A stretch of 64,000 nucleotides of DNA from Ignavibacteriota bacterium (GCA_963808715.1 CAWEHG010000040.1:99420-163419), one strand, 5' to 3'. Shown: positions 33,527-45,247, numbered from the stretch's first letter. Notes: generated by a model from the sequence alone, not told the origin. A program made the numbers and translations.

Positions 33527-34849
33527 ATGGACAAACCGCGCCTGTCGTTCTGGCAGATCTGGAACATGAGTTTCGGGTTCTTCGGCATCCAATTCGGCTG
33601 GGGGCTGCAGATGGCGAACATGAGCGCCATCTACGAGTACCTCGGGGCGGAACAGAACCAGATCGCGTGGCTCTGGATCGCGGCGCCGCTGACCGGACTG
33701 ATCGTCCAGCCGATCGTCGGATACTTCAGCGACCGGACGTGGGGCGGCCTCGGCCGGCGCAGGCCGTATTTCCTCGCAGGGGCGATCCTCTCGACCCTGG
33801 CCCTGATCGCCATGCCGAATTCCTCCACCGTCTGGATGGCCGCGGGGCTGCTCTGGGTTCTGGATGCCAGCATCAACATCACCATGGAGCCGTTCCGGGC
33901 GTTCGTGGGGGACATGCTGCCGCAGGAACAGCGGAAGACCGGATTCGCCATGCAGAGCCTGCTGATCGGGTTGGGCGCCGTCCTCTCCTCCGCATTGCCG
34001 TACGTGCTGACCAACTGGCTGGGAGTGACGGGACACGCGGGAACGGGGATGATCCCGCGAACGGTGCAGCTGTCGTTCTATGCCGGATCGGCGGTATTCC
34101 TGACGGCCGTGCTCTACACGATCCTCACCACGCGGGAGTACCCGCCGCCAGATATGGAGCAGTTCAGGAAGCTCAAGGCCGCTTCGGCAGGCGTGGGAAA
34201 CGTCCTGCGAGGGATCTTCGGCGGGATCGGGGAGATGCCCCGGGCGATGCGCCAGCTGGCGGTCGTCCAGTTCTTCACCTGGTTCGCGCTCTTCTGCATG
34301 TGGATCTACTTCGTTCCCGCGGTCGCGACCAACGTATTCGGCGGCGTTCCGGGAACGCCGGAATACCAGCGCGGAAATGAGTGGGGAGGGGTGTGCTTCT
34401 CGGTCTACAACGGCACGGCGTTCCTCTTCTCGTTCCTCCTGCTCGCCCTCGTGAGGCGGTTCGCCCCGCGGAGCCTGCATCGCATCTTCCTGATCGCCGG
34501 AGGGGCCGGGCTGCTCCTGGCGGTCCTCTCACCGCACCAGTATTCGCTCCTCCTGTCGATGGTCCTGGTGGGGATCGCCTGGGCGAGCATCCTCTCCATG
34601 CCGTACGCGATGCTGGCCAATGCCATCCCGGCGGAGAGGATGGGGTTCTACATGGGGGTGTTCAATTTCTTCATCGTGCTGCCGCAGATCCTGACCGCTC
34701 TGGGCCTGGGGTTGCTGATGGAGCACTTCCTCGGGAACGATCCGATGAAGGCGGTGCTGCTCGGCGGATGCTCGATGATCCTCGCGGGTCTGTGCGTGGG
34801 ATTCGTGTCGAAGAACGTGGACGATTTCGGGCCGGCGTCTGCCGCATAA
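33527..34849 (+). CDS. MFS maltose/sucrose permease (SLC45-like)
   Basis: KPRLSFWQIWNMSFGFFGIQFG, SDRTW..GRRRPYF, MEPFRAFVGD, GFYMGVFNFFIVLPQ. Confidence 0.92.
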   Translation: MDKPRLSFWQIWNMSFGFFGIQFGWGLQMANMSAIYEYLGAEQNQIAWLWIAAPLTGLIVQPIVGYFSDRTWGGLGRRRPYFLAGAILSTLALIAMPNSSTVWMAAGLLWVLDASINITMEPFRAFVGDMLPQEQRKTGFAMQSLLIGLGAVLSSALPYVLTNWLGVTGHAGTGMIPRTVQLSFYAGSAVFLTAVLYTILTTREYPPPDMEQFRKLKAASAGVGNVLRGIFGGIGEMPRAMRQLAVVQFFTWFALFCMWIYFVPAVATNVFGGVPGTPEYQRGNEWGGVCFSVYNGTAFLFSFLLLALVRRFAPRSLHRIFLIAGGAGLLLAVLSPHQYSLLLSMVLVGIAWASILSMPYAMLANAIPAERMGFYMGVFNFFIVLPQILTALGLGLLMEHFLGNDPMKAVLLGGCSMILAGLCVGFVSKNVDDFGPASAA

Positions 34850-34895
34850 CGGACCGCCGCGCTCTTCCGTGGCGTGTCGCCGGGGCGCGCCCTCT

Positions 34896-37800
34896 TCAGG
34901 GCTTCCGCTTCCCAGCCTCCAGCCGGTCATACACGTTCGACCCGCCCTGCTGCCCACCGCCGTTCCACTCGCCGGCCTTTTCCGCGACCGTCCTGAATTC
35001 CCCGATCCCTGCCCCGCCGTGGTCGTCCTGGGCCCCCGCCAGAACGGTGAACCGCGTGCGCGCGTCGATCCGGCCGAGCAGTTTCAGGGGAAGCGCGAAG
35101 GTGATGGTGCCGGTGCGGGCATCACCGAGCGGATCGGCAAGATCCTCCGGGATCGGAAGATATGCTCCAAGGATCTTCCCTGCGGCATCCTCGACCTGCA
35201 CCCCGCCCCCGACAAGGATCAATCTCTCAAAACCGGCCGCCGCATCCAGCCGGCACCCCGAGTGGTGACCGATCTCCACCGAGCCCCCGGGCGCCGTGTC
35301 CACCGCGATCGCGCAGAAGGTGAGCTGGAAGCCATACTCAGGATGCCAGCCCGGATCCGAAAGTCGCGCGAAACGGAGGGTGCAGTAGAGATGTGATGCG
35401 TCGACTCTTGCGGTGAACCGGACAAGGTCAAACGAGCCGCGGACGAAATGGTGCGAGAGCGGATACGAGTAGTTCAACGCCCTCCCCGTGAGGCATTCCA
35501 CGCCGGTGTCGTCCCCGGTGGGATCGCTTGCGTCCACGAGGTTCCGGGCCCGCCGGTTGGTTCGCTTGATCGTGGCATGGTCGATCAGCGGATACGGAGG
35601 GCCTTTCAGGGCCCGCAGTCCCGGTGCGATCGCCGGAACGGCGAAGCTCAATTCGCCGTCGAGCCGTCGTGGCGGTTCCGTGCGGTGGGATGCCGCCGGG
35701 ATCGATGCCCCATCGCAACGGACCATCGCCTTGCCACCGGCGAACTCGCAGACCGTCACCTTCCCGCCTTCCAGGGTGAATGTCTGATCGACATCGTCGA
35801 TCCCCACGGTTGCCGTGAACCGGGTCGGGCACTTCCGCGCATCCAGCGTGATCCGCGTTGTGTCTCCGCTCCGCCGGATGGCCAGTTCCAGCGGGGTCTC
35901 TTCCAGAGCGATCGTGGTCCGCACCTCTGTGAGTGAAGGCGGGAGGTGGGGACGGAGCTGCAGCGTATTGCTCAAGAGGGAAACATGCACGCCGAGGTAG
36001 TCTTCGAAGAAGTTCCTGCCGAACTCGGCGAGGTTCCAGGCCTGGGAGAAGGTCCCGGAGAGTCGAGGTTCTTTTTCGCCCGGCCTTGCGACCGCATCCA
36101 GCAGTTCGGATTGTGACCCGGCGGCCCCCCGATCGAGGATCTGATGGACCGCGTCCTGCGTAAGTCTCCAGGCGATCTCCGCTCTCCCCAAACGGCAGAC
36201 TTCCGAAATGAGGGGGCCCTGGAGCCACGTCCAGACCGTTCCGTTGTGATACGCGGCGTCCTTCGGATAGTACGGCGGGTACTCGTGGTACGGGTGGAAG
36301 TTCTGGTCTGTCTGTGCAAGCGAGGCAACGCCGTACGGATAGGTCAGACGGGTCACCACGCTTCTGACCCCGGCTTCGAAGACGCTGTCCGGGACAAGGC
36401 TTCGCGTGAACAGGATGTTGGGGCGCTCCTGGTGGTCGGGCGTCCCGTCGGCATTGAGGTGGTCGGCGATCCTGCCGTCGACGATGAACGCGCGGGGAAA
36501 GTTGATCTCGAAGCTGGCGAAGGGCCCTACTCCACGAACTCCGCCGGGCGGTGTCGCCCATGGCGCCGGCGAAACGAATGCCGGCCTCCAGCTGATGGGC
36601 CCAGAGGGCCTGAATGTCGTTGGCCCGGTTTCCTCTGGGGCTCCACGGCCCCTGTGGGCCGGCGGCGTCCATCCAGGTTTCGGCATCACCGTGGCAGAGG
36701 AAGCCGAGCGAGTCGGTATGGTGGCGGAGCGTGCCTTCGATCGACCGGACGATGGTCGGATAGATGGTCGACACGAAGCCCGTGTCGCCGGAGCGGTCCA
36801 CGTACTCCCATGCCGTCATCACGAACCGCGGGGTCCCGTCCGCGGTGTTGTAGGCCACGTTGCCCGGGATCGACGATGTTGGGGATGCGCCCGTGGTCGC
36901 TCGACGATGTATCCAGCTGCTGGAACGACGAGAACGAGAGGAGGATCTCCCGGGCTTCCCGGAAGCGTCCGGTCACCAGCACCGCGCCGGGAAGACTGAT
37001 GAAGCTGTCGCGGCCCCAGTAGTTGGTGAACCAGGGGAGCCCCGCGAAGATCCCCTTCTTCCCCTGGCGCATGATCAGGGCATCGAGGGAGAGGACTGAC
37101 CATGACAGGGCCGCGTCGAATCCGGGGTCGGACGAAGTGACGGCGGTCCTTTCGATCAGGCGTTCCATCCTCCGGCGTCTGGCTGCGGCGAGGTCGCCGA
37201 GGCGGGCAACGGAGAGCCGGGCCAGGGTGACAGTTTCCGCCGGATCATTCCCCGCCGCGAAGACCGCGGTGTGGAGAGTGGTGGGGGGTGTGACCAGTGA
37301 GACAGGGGCGTTCCGGGGTAGCGGCCCCCCCTGCTGAAGCTGTGCGCCGGGGGAGTGCATCGCGATCCATGACGGGGAGGAGCCTCCGGGCGCCCGTCCA
37401 CCGGCGGTCGCCACCGCCGCAGCATCCCCCGCGGAAGAGAATTCGAGGTCTCCCGCGGAGGCCCCGTCGCTCCGGATCATCGAGAAGGTGACGCTCGCAG
37501 GGCGGGGCGTACGGACGGTGACCCAGCAGAGCGGAAGACTGTCGGCCAGGGAGAATTCCTCCGAGATGCCGCCGGGGTACTTGCGGACCAGGCGGTCGGG
37601 GTAGACGGTGGTTGCGGCAGTGGACCGGTCCAGCGGCCGTCCGTCGAGGTTGATCGCGTAGTCGTCGAAGAGCTTTCTGCCCGCGACATGGAACCCCATC
37701 CAGCTTGTCCGCTGCGGTGCTCCCGTGAGGCCATAATAGAACGCGGTCTCCTTGTTGGTGAAGGAGAACTCCCGCGACGTCGGGCCGGCGGGGATCCCGA

Positions 37801-39029
37801 TGCGGTCCAGCGGTGGGGAAGCGAAGAGGTATTCGAGGAGATCGTCGATCCTCGCCCTCCAGTTCCCCCAGTTGTGTCCCTCCGGGGACGTCTGCAGCCT
37901 GACCGCGTAGCCCCGGCCGGTCAGCACCTCGACCATGCGCTGCGATTGCTCGAGGGCGTCGCGCATGGTTCCGCTGTCGATGTGGATCCTGACCGCGGCG
38001 CGGGGGAGGGTCCGGGCCAGGTCGAGGATCGCACCTTTCTGCCACTGGTAGGCGGGCGACTGGGCGCCACAGAGCCCGAACACGTCGGGGCGTGAGAGGG
38101 CCGCGTAGGTCGCCACCAGCCCGCCGAGCGAAGCACCCATGATCCCCGTTTCGGAAGGGAGGGTCGAGAGCCCGTACCGCTGTGCGAGGGGTCCGCGAAA
38201 GTCGCTCACCAGCGCGGACGACGAACACCGGATTCATCCCGTAGTCCGCCATCCGCGTGCTCGATGATGGATCGCCGGGATCGGTCCGGGGGTCGATGAA
38301 GACGGCTGCGAGCGGGGGGACGCGTCCGGCGAAGATGAGGTTGTCCAGGATCGTCGCCATGGAGGCAAGGGAGAGGTATTCGCCTCCATCCATCACGAAG
38401 ATGACCGGCAGGGGACGGGCCTCACGAGGGGGCGTGGTCCCCGCGGGGAGGTAGACATAGACCGGATGGGTCCGCCGGAGGATCGGGCTGGCGACGCGCA
38501 GAGTATCCAGGGTCCCGCGCGGGACTCCGGGGCGGGGGAGGATCTCCTTCGGTGCGACGTACGCCGGCATCCTGACCTCGGAATTCGGCCCGAACCCTCC
38601 CATGGCGGTCATGCTGTTGAGCGGGTCCAGCATCCAGGCCCCATCCGCCACGAGCTTGTATTCGAACCGGGCAGCGGGATCGAAGCGTTTCTCGAGGATG
38701 AAGAACGGCGTGCCACGGACCGGGGCAAGGGTGTCCGCGTTCGGATCCCAGCCATTGAAATCTCCTGCGACGGAAACCCGGCGTGCGGATCCCTGAAAGA
38801 TGAAGAGCACCGATGAATCCGCGATGGGAGGCCGGCCCGCGACGGCCAGCCGCTCCCCCAGCCCGTCTGACCGAATGGCACGCCGCTCCGGGTTCGGTTC
38901 CCTGGCGACTGCTGTCAGCAGATCGCGGACCTGGGCAGGCTGCAGAAGCCATTGGGAGTTCGCGGCGGGAGCCGCCGCCGCACAGGCGAGCGTGGCTGCC
39001 AGCACCAGACTGGTGAGCGGGGATGACAC
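34896..39029 (-). CDS. Apparent fusion: signal peptide-CBM48-alpha/beta esterase (Fes-like)-amylo-alpha-1,6-glucosidase (GH133)-glucodextranase DOMON-like domain (frameshifted)
   Basis: VSVAGDFNGW..YKLVADG; VYLP..DG; GASLG; EGHNWGNW; then in frame IFAGLPWFTNYWGRDSFISLPG, GRIPN, NTADGT, TWMDA, YHNGTVW, QAWN; C-terminal DPTGDD..NYSYP..WHPEYGFQ. Confidence 0.8.
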
Positions 39030-39065
39030 GGTGGTCCTCGATGGGTATTGGCGTCGGATCGTTGT

Positions 39066-39290
39066 TCAGCGAAGGGCGTTCCAGAGAATGGGGAGGAGGA
39101 TATAGGCGGCGCTCATGCCGGCAACGATCAGCGCGGCCATGGATCCGACCGCCCAGAAGAACATCCGCAGCTCGCCGTCCTTCTCTCGAGCCGCCTTGAG
39201 CGCGCGGACCATGCAGAAGGCGGATGCGGCGAACGTGAGCAGGGACATCGCGCCGAACACCAGGGACAGTATGAGATCCAATCGGGCCAT
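39066..39290 (-). CDS. Small two-TM membrane protein
   Basis: 74-aa ORF MARLDLILSLVFG.. with two hydrophobic helices; AAGGAG upstream. Confidence 0.65.
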   Translation of the reverse strand: MARLDLILSLVFGAMSLLTFAASAFCMVRALKAAREKDGELRMFFWAVGSMAALIVAGMSAAYILLPILWNALR

Positions 39291-39345
39291 GGGCGGTCTT
39301 GCTCCTTGGGGGAATATACGAAACATCCCCCGAAAAATGTTCCGT

Positions 39346-39374
39346 TTGCACATCCAGCACGCAATATCTATATT
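39346..39374 (+). promoter_or_regulatory. Putative sigma70 promoter
   Basis: TTGCAC-17 bp-TATATT in AT-rich divergent intergenic region. Confidence 0.6.
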
Positions 39375-39404
39375 AAATGACCATCACCTTGCATGAGACG
39401 AGCC

Positions 39405-39788
39405 ATGGGCGAAGCGGCAGGGAACGCCGTCCTTCTGGTGGAGGACGAGGCGGAGTTGCGCAGTCTCTTTGCTGTGCTCCTGGAGATGGAATCGATCACC
39501 GTCTTTCAGGCGGAAGACGGTGAGCAGGCGCTCCAGGTGTTCGAGGAGCACAGGGACGAGATCGGGCTGCTGATCACCGACCTCGGGTTGCCGCACGTCG
39601 GCGGGGTGGACCTCATCGGCCGGATGCGCGCCATGAAGCCCTCCATGCGGATCCTCGGGACCAGCGGGCTGAGCGCCGACGAGGTGCGGGAGATGGTCAT
39701 CACCGCCGGTGCGGATGACTTCATCCCCAAACCGTTCAGTCCACAGGAGGCCATCGATAAGGTCCGGACCTACCTCCCCCGTCCATGA
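39405..39788 (+). CDS. Single-domain response regulator (REC)
   Basis: [26 protein letters not shown]. Confidence 0.92.
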   Translation: MGEAAGNAVLLVEDEAELRSLFAVLLEMESITVFQAEDGEQALQVFEEHRDEIGLLITDLGLPHVGGVDLIGRMRAMKPSMRILGTSGLSADEVREMVITAGADDFIPKPFSPQEAIDKVRTYLPRP

Positions 39789-40198
39789 AAAGCGCCACCG
39801 AATACCTCTGGTTCGACACGAAAGGGCACCGGGAGTACGTCAATATCACCCGCCGGGTGCAGGAGGTGGTCTCGAAGGGGGGGATCCGGGAGGGGATGGT
39901 TCTGGTCTCCGCGATGCACATCACGGCCGGTGTGTACGTCAACGATGCTGAGGACGGCCTGATCCGGGACATCGATGACTGGCTCGAGCGGCTGGCGCCG
40001 TACAACGAGGGGTATCGCCACCACCGGACGGGCGAAACGAACGGCGATGCGCATCTCAAGAGCCTTCTCGTGCACCACCAGGTGATCGTCCCGATCACCG
40101 AAGGCACGCTGGACCTGGGTCCGTGGCAGCAGATCTACTACGCCGAGTTCGACGGCCGGCGCCGGAAACGCGTGGTCGTCAAGGCCATGGGTGAATAG
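39785..40198 (+). CDS. yjbQ: YjbQ/UPF0047 secondary thiamine-phosphate synthase family
   Basis: [37 protein letters not shown]. Confidence 0.93.
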   Translation: MKSATEYLWFDTKGHREYVNITRRVQEVVSKGGIREGMVLVSAMHITAGVYVNDAEDGLIRDIDDWLERLAPYNEGYRHHRTGETNGDAHLKSLLVHHQVIVPITEGTLDLGPWQQIYYAEFDGRRRKRVVVKAMGE

Positions 40199-40237
40199 TG
40201 TTGATAGTCCCCTAACGACGATAGCACAGGGATCCTC

Positions 40238-41607
40238 ATGCATTCGTACCGCTTACGCGCCGCGATCTTCCTGATCGTACTTCTCGCACAGACCGCTCCC
40301 GCACAGGTCTTTCTGCCGAGAGAGCAGCTGCGTTTGGTGGTCGACGTCGCTCGGTTCCGGGGGAGCGATGACCAGCAGAGCATGGTGGAGCTGTACTACG
40401 CATTCCCGCGACTCGCCCTGACCTACAAAGCCGATTCCGCGGGAGTTGCGGGGGCCGGCGACATCACGGTGTGGGTTCGCCAGCGGGATTCGGTGGTCCA
40501 GGCCGACCGCTGGCTGGTGCCGCACCGGATCCAGGACACCACCCAGGGGGCCCTGGGGACCAACCTGGTCGGGGTCCACACGTTCCAGGTCCCGCGCGGG
40601 GACTACCAGATCAAGGTGCTGGTGCGCGACAGGCACGATCCGCAGCGGAAGGACAGCCTCATGCTCCGCCTCCCGGTGAAGGTGCACGGCACGGCGGGAC
40701 CGGAGCTGAGCGACATCGAGCTCGCCGCCTCCATTCGTCAGGGCGCGGAAGCCGGAACGTTCTACAAGAACACGCTCGAGGTGGTGCCGAACGTGGGGGG
40801 GATGTACAGCGCTGACCAGCGCGTGTTCTACTATGGCGAGGCGTACAACCTGTTGTCGGGTGAAGACCGGAGCGACTACAGCACGCAGGCTGATCGTTCA
40901 GGATGCCATCGGGAAGGAGGTCCTCTCGCGGGAACGGATCCGCAAACGCGTGGGCGAATCCTCCGTGATCGTGGACCAGTTCTCCGTCTCCGCGCTGCAC
41001 AGCGGCACGTACCAGCTCATCCTGGCCCTCATGGACTCTTCCAGGCGGATACTGGGATCCACCGCGCGGAAGTTCTACGTCTACAACCCGAAACTGGGGG
41101 TGGATTCGTCGCTCCTGTCGGGCAGCTCCCGGCTCCCCATGACGGAGTATCTCGCGATGGACGAGGCCGAACTGGACCGCGAATCGCGCTGGCTCCGGTG
41201 GGAGGTGTCGGAGGAGGAAAAGAACCAATTCAAGCGCCCTGACCGGGGTCGAAGCGAAACGGAAGTTCCTCTCGGATTTCTGGAGGAAGCGACCCCTCGG
41301 CCTGCGGGACGAATATCTCGCGCGGGTCAACCACGCGAACATGAACTTCGCCGTGATGGGACGTGAAGGCTACCGTGCGGATCGCGGGAGGGTGCACATC
41401 GTCTACGGCCCGCCGGATGATATCGAGCGGCATCCGAACGAGACGGACTCGCGCCCGTACGAGATCTGGAGCTACAACAACATCCAGGGGGGTGTGATCT
41501 TCGTGTTCGTGCAGAAGAACTCCGGCGGGGATTACGAGCTGGTCCATTCCACGCACCGGAACGAGCTGCGCGACGACAACTGGGACCGGGTCGGAGTGAC
41601 CCGGTAG
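40238..41607 (+). CDS. GWxTD domain-containing protein (frameshifted)
   Basis: Signal peptide; LSDIELA, PNV, YYGEAYNL; FLSDFWRKR..EYLARVNHAN..GYRADRGRVHIVYGPPD..YEIWSY. Confidence 0.85.
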
Positions 41608-41628
41608 CTTTCCCCTGTCCACTTATCC

Positions 41629-41653
41629 GCGGGATGCCGGTCCGGCATCCCGC
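41629..41653. repeat. Perfect 12-bp inverted repeat upstream of lpxL
   Basis: GCGGGATGCCGG-T-CCGGCATCCCGC. Confidence 0.7.
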
Positions 41654-41661
41654 TCCTGCCC

Positions 41662-42579
41662 ATGTCACGCCGAAGTCCATTCTTTGAGGCTCTCGAGTAC
41701 TTCGGGTTCAGGTGCATCGCCGCCTGTGCCGGAACCCTGTCCCACCGCGGCGCAACTGCCGTGGGACAGGCCGTGGCGTTGCTGGGGTATCGCCTGGGCG
41801 TACGGCGGAAGGTCACGATGCAGAACCTGCAGTACGCGTTCCCGCAGGCCACGGACCATGAACGGTCTGCGATCGCGCGCGGCGCCTTCCGCAACTACGG
41901 GATCTCGCTTGCCGAGATGATGTGGTCCTCCCACGCATCCGTCGACGAGGCGCGTGCACTCGTGACTCCTGTCCGCTACGAGGTCTTTGCCGACGCCTTC
42001 AAGCGCGGGAAAGGCGTGGTTCTTCTCTCCGGGCATTACGGATCATGGGAGATCATCGCCTCGGCGGCGCCCCACCACCTTCCGGCTCCGCTGACCATCA
42101 TCTACCAGACCCAGAGGAACCGACGCGTGGACGCGTTTCTGCTGGCCCGGCGGACCCGCTTCGGATGTCTCCTCGTTTCCATGCGCGACGCTCCCCGCGA
42201 AGTGCTGCGAACCCTTCCCCGGGGAGGGATCGTGGCGATGCTGGGAGACCAGAGCGGCGCCTCGGAGTCTCCGTACGTGGAATACTTCGGCAGGCCCGCG
42301 GCCACACACCGTGGTCCGGCCCTTTTTGCGCTGAAGACGGGGGCCCCGCTGGTGATGTACTTCCTCGTCCGGCAGCCCGACGGAAGCTACACGATGGAAT
42401 TCGAGGAGGTGCCGACCGCCGACCTGAACGGCTCGCTGGACGAGAAGGTGCTGGAGCTGACGCGGCGGCACGTGGCGACGCTGGAACGTCATGTCCGCCA
42501 GCATCCGGACCATTGGCTCTGGATGCACAAGCGGTGGAAACATACGGAAGCGTATCTCCAGAGGACGGGGCAACGATGA
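41662..42579 (+). CDS. lpxL: Lipid A late acyltransferase (LpxL/HtrB family)
   Basis: GKGVVLLSGHYGSWE (HX4E), LGDQ, YFGRPA, PDHWLWMHKRWK. Confidence 0.9.
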   Translation: MSRRSPFFEALEYFGFRCIAACAGTLSHRGATAVGQAVALLGYRLGVRRKVTMQNLQYAFPQATDHERSAIARGAFRNYGISLAEMMWSSHASVDEARALVTPVRYEVFADAFKRGKGVVLLSGHYGSWEIIASAAPHHLPAPLTIIYQTQRNRRVDAFLLARRTRFGCLLVSMRDAPREVLRTLPRGGIVAMLGDQSGASESPYVEYFGRPAATHRGPALFALKTGAPLVMYFLVRQPDGSYTMEFEEVPTADLNGSLDEKVLELTRRHVATLERHVRQHPDHWLWMHKRWKHTEAYLQRTGQR

Positions 42580-43613
42580 CCTCGCCGCCGCGGATCCTGG
42601 TGTTTCAGACGGCGTTCATCGGGGATGTCGTCCTGACCTTGCCGATGGTGCAGACGGCGGCGAAGCTCTTCCCCGGAGCCCGTATCGCGTTCGTGGCGAT
42701 CCCCGCGGCCGCAGAACTGCTCCGGAACCATCCCGCGATCGCCGAGATCATCCCGTACGACAAGCGGGGAACCGCAAAGGGGATCCGCGGTGCGCTGGCC
42801 CTTGCCCGCAGGCTCAGGAAAGGGAGCTACGACATCGCGCTGGTCCCGCACCGTTCACTGCGGAGCGCGCTGATCGTCCGGTGGAGCCGGATCCCGCGCC
42901 GGATCGGCTTCTCGACCAGCGCCGGCCGGCTGCTGTTCACCGACGTCATCCCGTACGATCCTTCGGTGCACGAGATGCTCCGGAACGCGGATCTCCTGGG
43001 CCCGCTGGGGATGACCTGGCGCGACCCCGGCATGCCCGCGGTCCATCCATCGGAGGAGGACCGGCGTGCCGTCGACCTGCTCCTCGCCGGGCATTTCCCC
43101 TCAGGGGCCGCGGAACGCCCCCCGGCGCTCGTTGCGGTCGCCCCGGGTTCCGTGTGGGCCACGAAACGATGGCCGGAGTCCTCATTCGCCGCCCTGGCCC
43201 TGGAGCTGGAGTCCGCCGGAGTCTCGGTCGTCCTCGTCGGGGGCGACGCGGACCGGGGACTGTGCGAGCGGATCAGCTCTGTCCTGCGGCACGGTCTGGT
43301 CACGGCCGGGAGGCTGACGCTCCTGCAGTCGGCTGAACTCCTCCGTCGATGTCGCGTGGTGGTGTCCAACGACAGTGCTCCGGTGCATCTGGCGGCGGGT
43401 GTGGGGGCACCGGTGATCGCGATCTTTGGAGCCACGTCGCCCGCGTTCGGGTTCGCCCCGCGGGGGCCACGGGACGTTGTTGTCGAGACCCACGGCCTTC
43501 CCTGCCGTCCGTGCGCGATCCACGGCGGGGACCGGTGCCCCGAGAAACACTTCGCGTGCATGGAAAAGATCCATCCGTTCCAGGTGCTGGAGCAGGTCCG
43601 GCTGTTCCTCTGA
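42576..43613 (+). CDS. waaF: LPS heptosyltransferase II (GT9)
   Basis: ILVFQTAFIGDVVL, APGSVWATKRWP, SNDSAPVHLA, IFGAT, CRPC..C..CM. Confidence 0.88.
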   Translation: MTSPPRILVFQTAFIGDVVLTLPMVQTAAKLFPGARIAFVAIPAAAELLRNHPAIAEIIPYDKRGTAKGIRGALALARRLRKGSYDIALVPHRSLRSALIVRWSRIPRRIGFSTSAGRLLFTDVIPYDPSVHEMLRNADLLGPLGMTWRDPGMPAVHPSEEDRRAVDLLLAGHFPSGAAERPPALVAVAPGSVWATKRWPESSFAALALELESAGVSVVLVGGDADRGLCERISSVLRHGLVTAGRLTLLQSAELLRRCRVVVSNDSAPVHLAAGVGAPVIAIFGATSPAFGFAPRGPRDVVVETHGLPCRPCAIHGGDRCPEKHFACMEKIHPFQVLEQVRLFL

Positions 43614-43661
43614 TCGGCGCTGATCCGGCGACGGTTGATCGGTGTTGCGACCCGAGGTCCC

Positions 43662-44303
43662 ATGTCGATCACGCTACAGGTGAATGCGGAAGCCCCCGAT
43701 GATGCTCCTCTTGTCCGCGCGGCAGGCGTGTTGCGGTCGGGGGGGGTCGTGGTCTATCCGACGGAGACCCTGTACGGGTTGGGGGCGCTTGCGACGGATG
43801 CCCGGGCGGTCGACCGGATCCATGCGCTCAAACGCCGCGAGACGGGAAAGCCCATCCTCGTCCTTGCCGCCTCCAGGGATGAGGCCGCCGGACTGGCCTC
43901 CAGGATCACCCCTGCCGCTGATGCACTGATGTCCGCCTTCTGGCCCGGGCCGCTCACCCTGGTGTTCCCGGTGGGAGAGGTGTTCCCGCCGGGGCTCACG
44001 CAGGGAGGGGGGAGCCTGGGTGTCCGGGTCCCCTCGAGCCCGCTCTGCCTGAGACTCCTGGAGTTGACCGGCGGGCCCATCACCTCCACCAGCACGAACT
44101 TCACAGGCGGACCGGCGCTCCTGTCGGTCCCGGCGATCGCAGCCGCCTTCGGTGAGGGGGTCGATCTGTATCTCGACTCGGGGGAGATCCCGGCGCGTGC
44201 GCCGTCCACCGTGGTGGATGTCACCGGAGAGGTCCCGCGTCTGCTTCGAGCCGGGGCGATCTCCGCGCAGGCACTGAACAGGGTCACAACGGTGCTGGAC
44301 TAG
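43662..44303 (+). CDS. tsaC: L-threonylcarbamoyladenylate synthase (Sua5/YrdC)
   Basis: YPTETLYGLG, KRR..KP, FWPGPLTLV, STSTN, PSTVVD, RAGAI. Confidence 0.93.
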   Translation: MSITLQVNAEAPDDAPLVRAAGVLRSGGVVVYPTETLYGLGALATDARAVDRIHALKRRETGKPILVLAASRDEAAGLASRITPAADALMSAFWPGPLTLVFPVGEVFPPGLTQGGGSLGVRVPSSPLCLRLLELTGGPITSTSTNFTGGPALLSVPAIAAAFGEGVDLYLDSGEIPARAPSTVVDVTGEVPRLLRAGAISAQALNRVTTVLD

Positions 44304-44351
44304 GTGTGAGGCGGGAGTTCCCCTCCCGTCGGGGTCTCCGGAGCTGAAGCC

Positions 44352-45222
44352 ATGGCTCTTCGTCATGTCGTCGCAGCGGGTGCCTGGTTCCTCGCGGGTT
44401 GTGTCCCGGCCTCGATCGAACACCAGGAGGCCGGTGACGTGTTGCTGGCCGAACAACGGTATGCCGAGGCGGCGTTCGAGTACACGCTGGGACTGCAGGC
44501 TGACCGCTCGGCCGGGCTGCTGGTCCGCCGGGCACAGGCGTGGGAAGGCCTGGGGCGGATCGATGACGCGATCCTCGATTACGATGCAGCGCTCGATCTT
44601 GATCCGGAGTCCATTGAGGCTCTTGTGGGGAGGGGACTGGTTCGCGTCCAGGATGGGTTGCGCCGCCGCTCCTCAGCGCACGATACCACGATGTCCGAGT
44701 TCTACTCGGCTCTCCGCATCCTCGCCCTGGGCGATCTGGACAGGGCCGTGACCCTCTCGAGGAGGTGGGACCCGTACGTGTTCCGGTCCCGCGCCTATGC
44801 CCTGCATCACTTCGGCGACCATGCGGGCGCGTTGAAGGATCTCGACCGCGTCCTCAGAGCTCGGGGCAGGGGACCTCTGGACCTACGATCTTCGCGGCAA
44901 GGTACGGCAGGCGCTGGGGGATTGGGCCGGAAGCACCGAGGAGTTCACCATTGCCATGATGATCTCGCCCTGGGAGCCCGGCGTCTATGCGCGAAGGGGG
45001 TTCGGGTATCTGAACTCGGGCAGGTTCGCGGAGGCCGAGCAGGACCTTTCGCGGAGCCTGGCCCTGGATTCGCTCGACGGCCATACGTGGTACCTCCGGG
45101 CGCTGGGCCGGGTCATCCGGAACGACCTCACCGGCGCCTGCAACGACGCCTGCCGTGGGTCGGTGCTGGGGGACCGGGACGCCGCGGTCCTGGCGCGCGC
45201 CTTTGCTTGCGAATGCCGGTGA
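44352..45222 (+). CDS. TPR-repeat lipoprotein (frameshifted)
   Basis: Lipobox LAG-C; repeated TPR helices (AILDYDAALDLDP, AEQDLSRSLALD). Confidence 0.75.
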
Positions 45223-45235
45223 ACTTTTGTACATT
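45207..45235 (+). promoter_or_regulatory. Putative tRNA promoter
   Basis: TTGCGA-17 bp-TACATT 12 nt upstream of tRNA-Arg. Confidence 0.55.
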
Positions 45236-45247
45236 ACAAATCACGAC

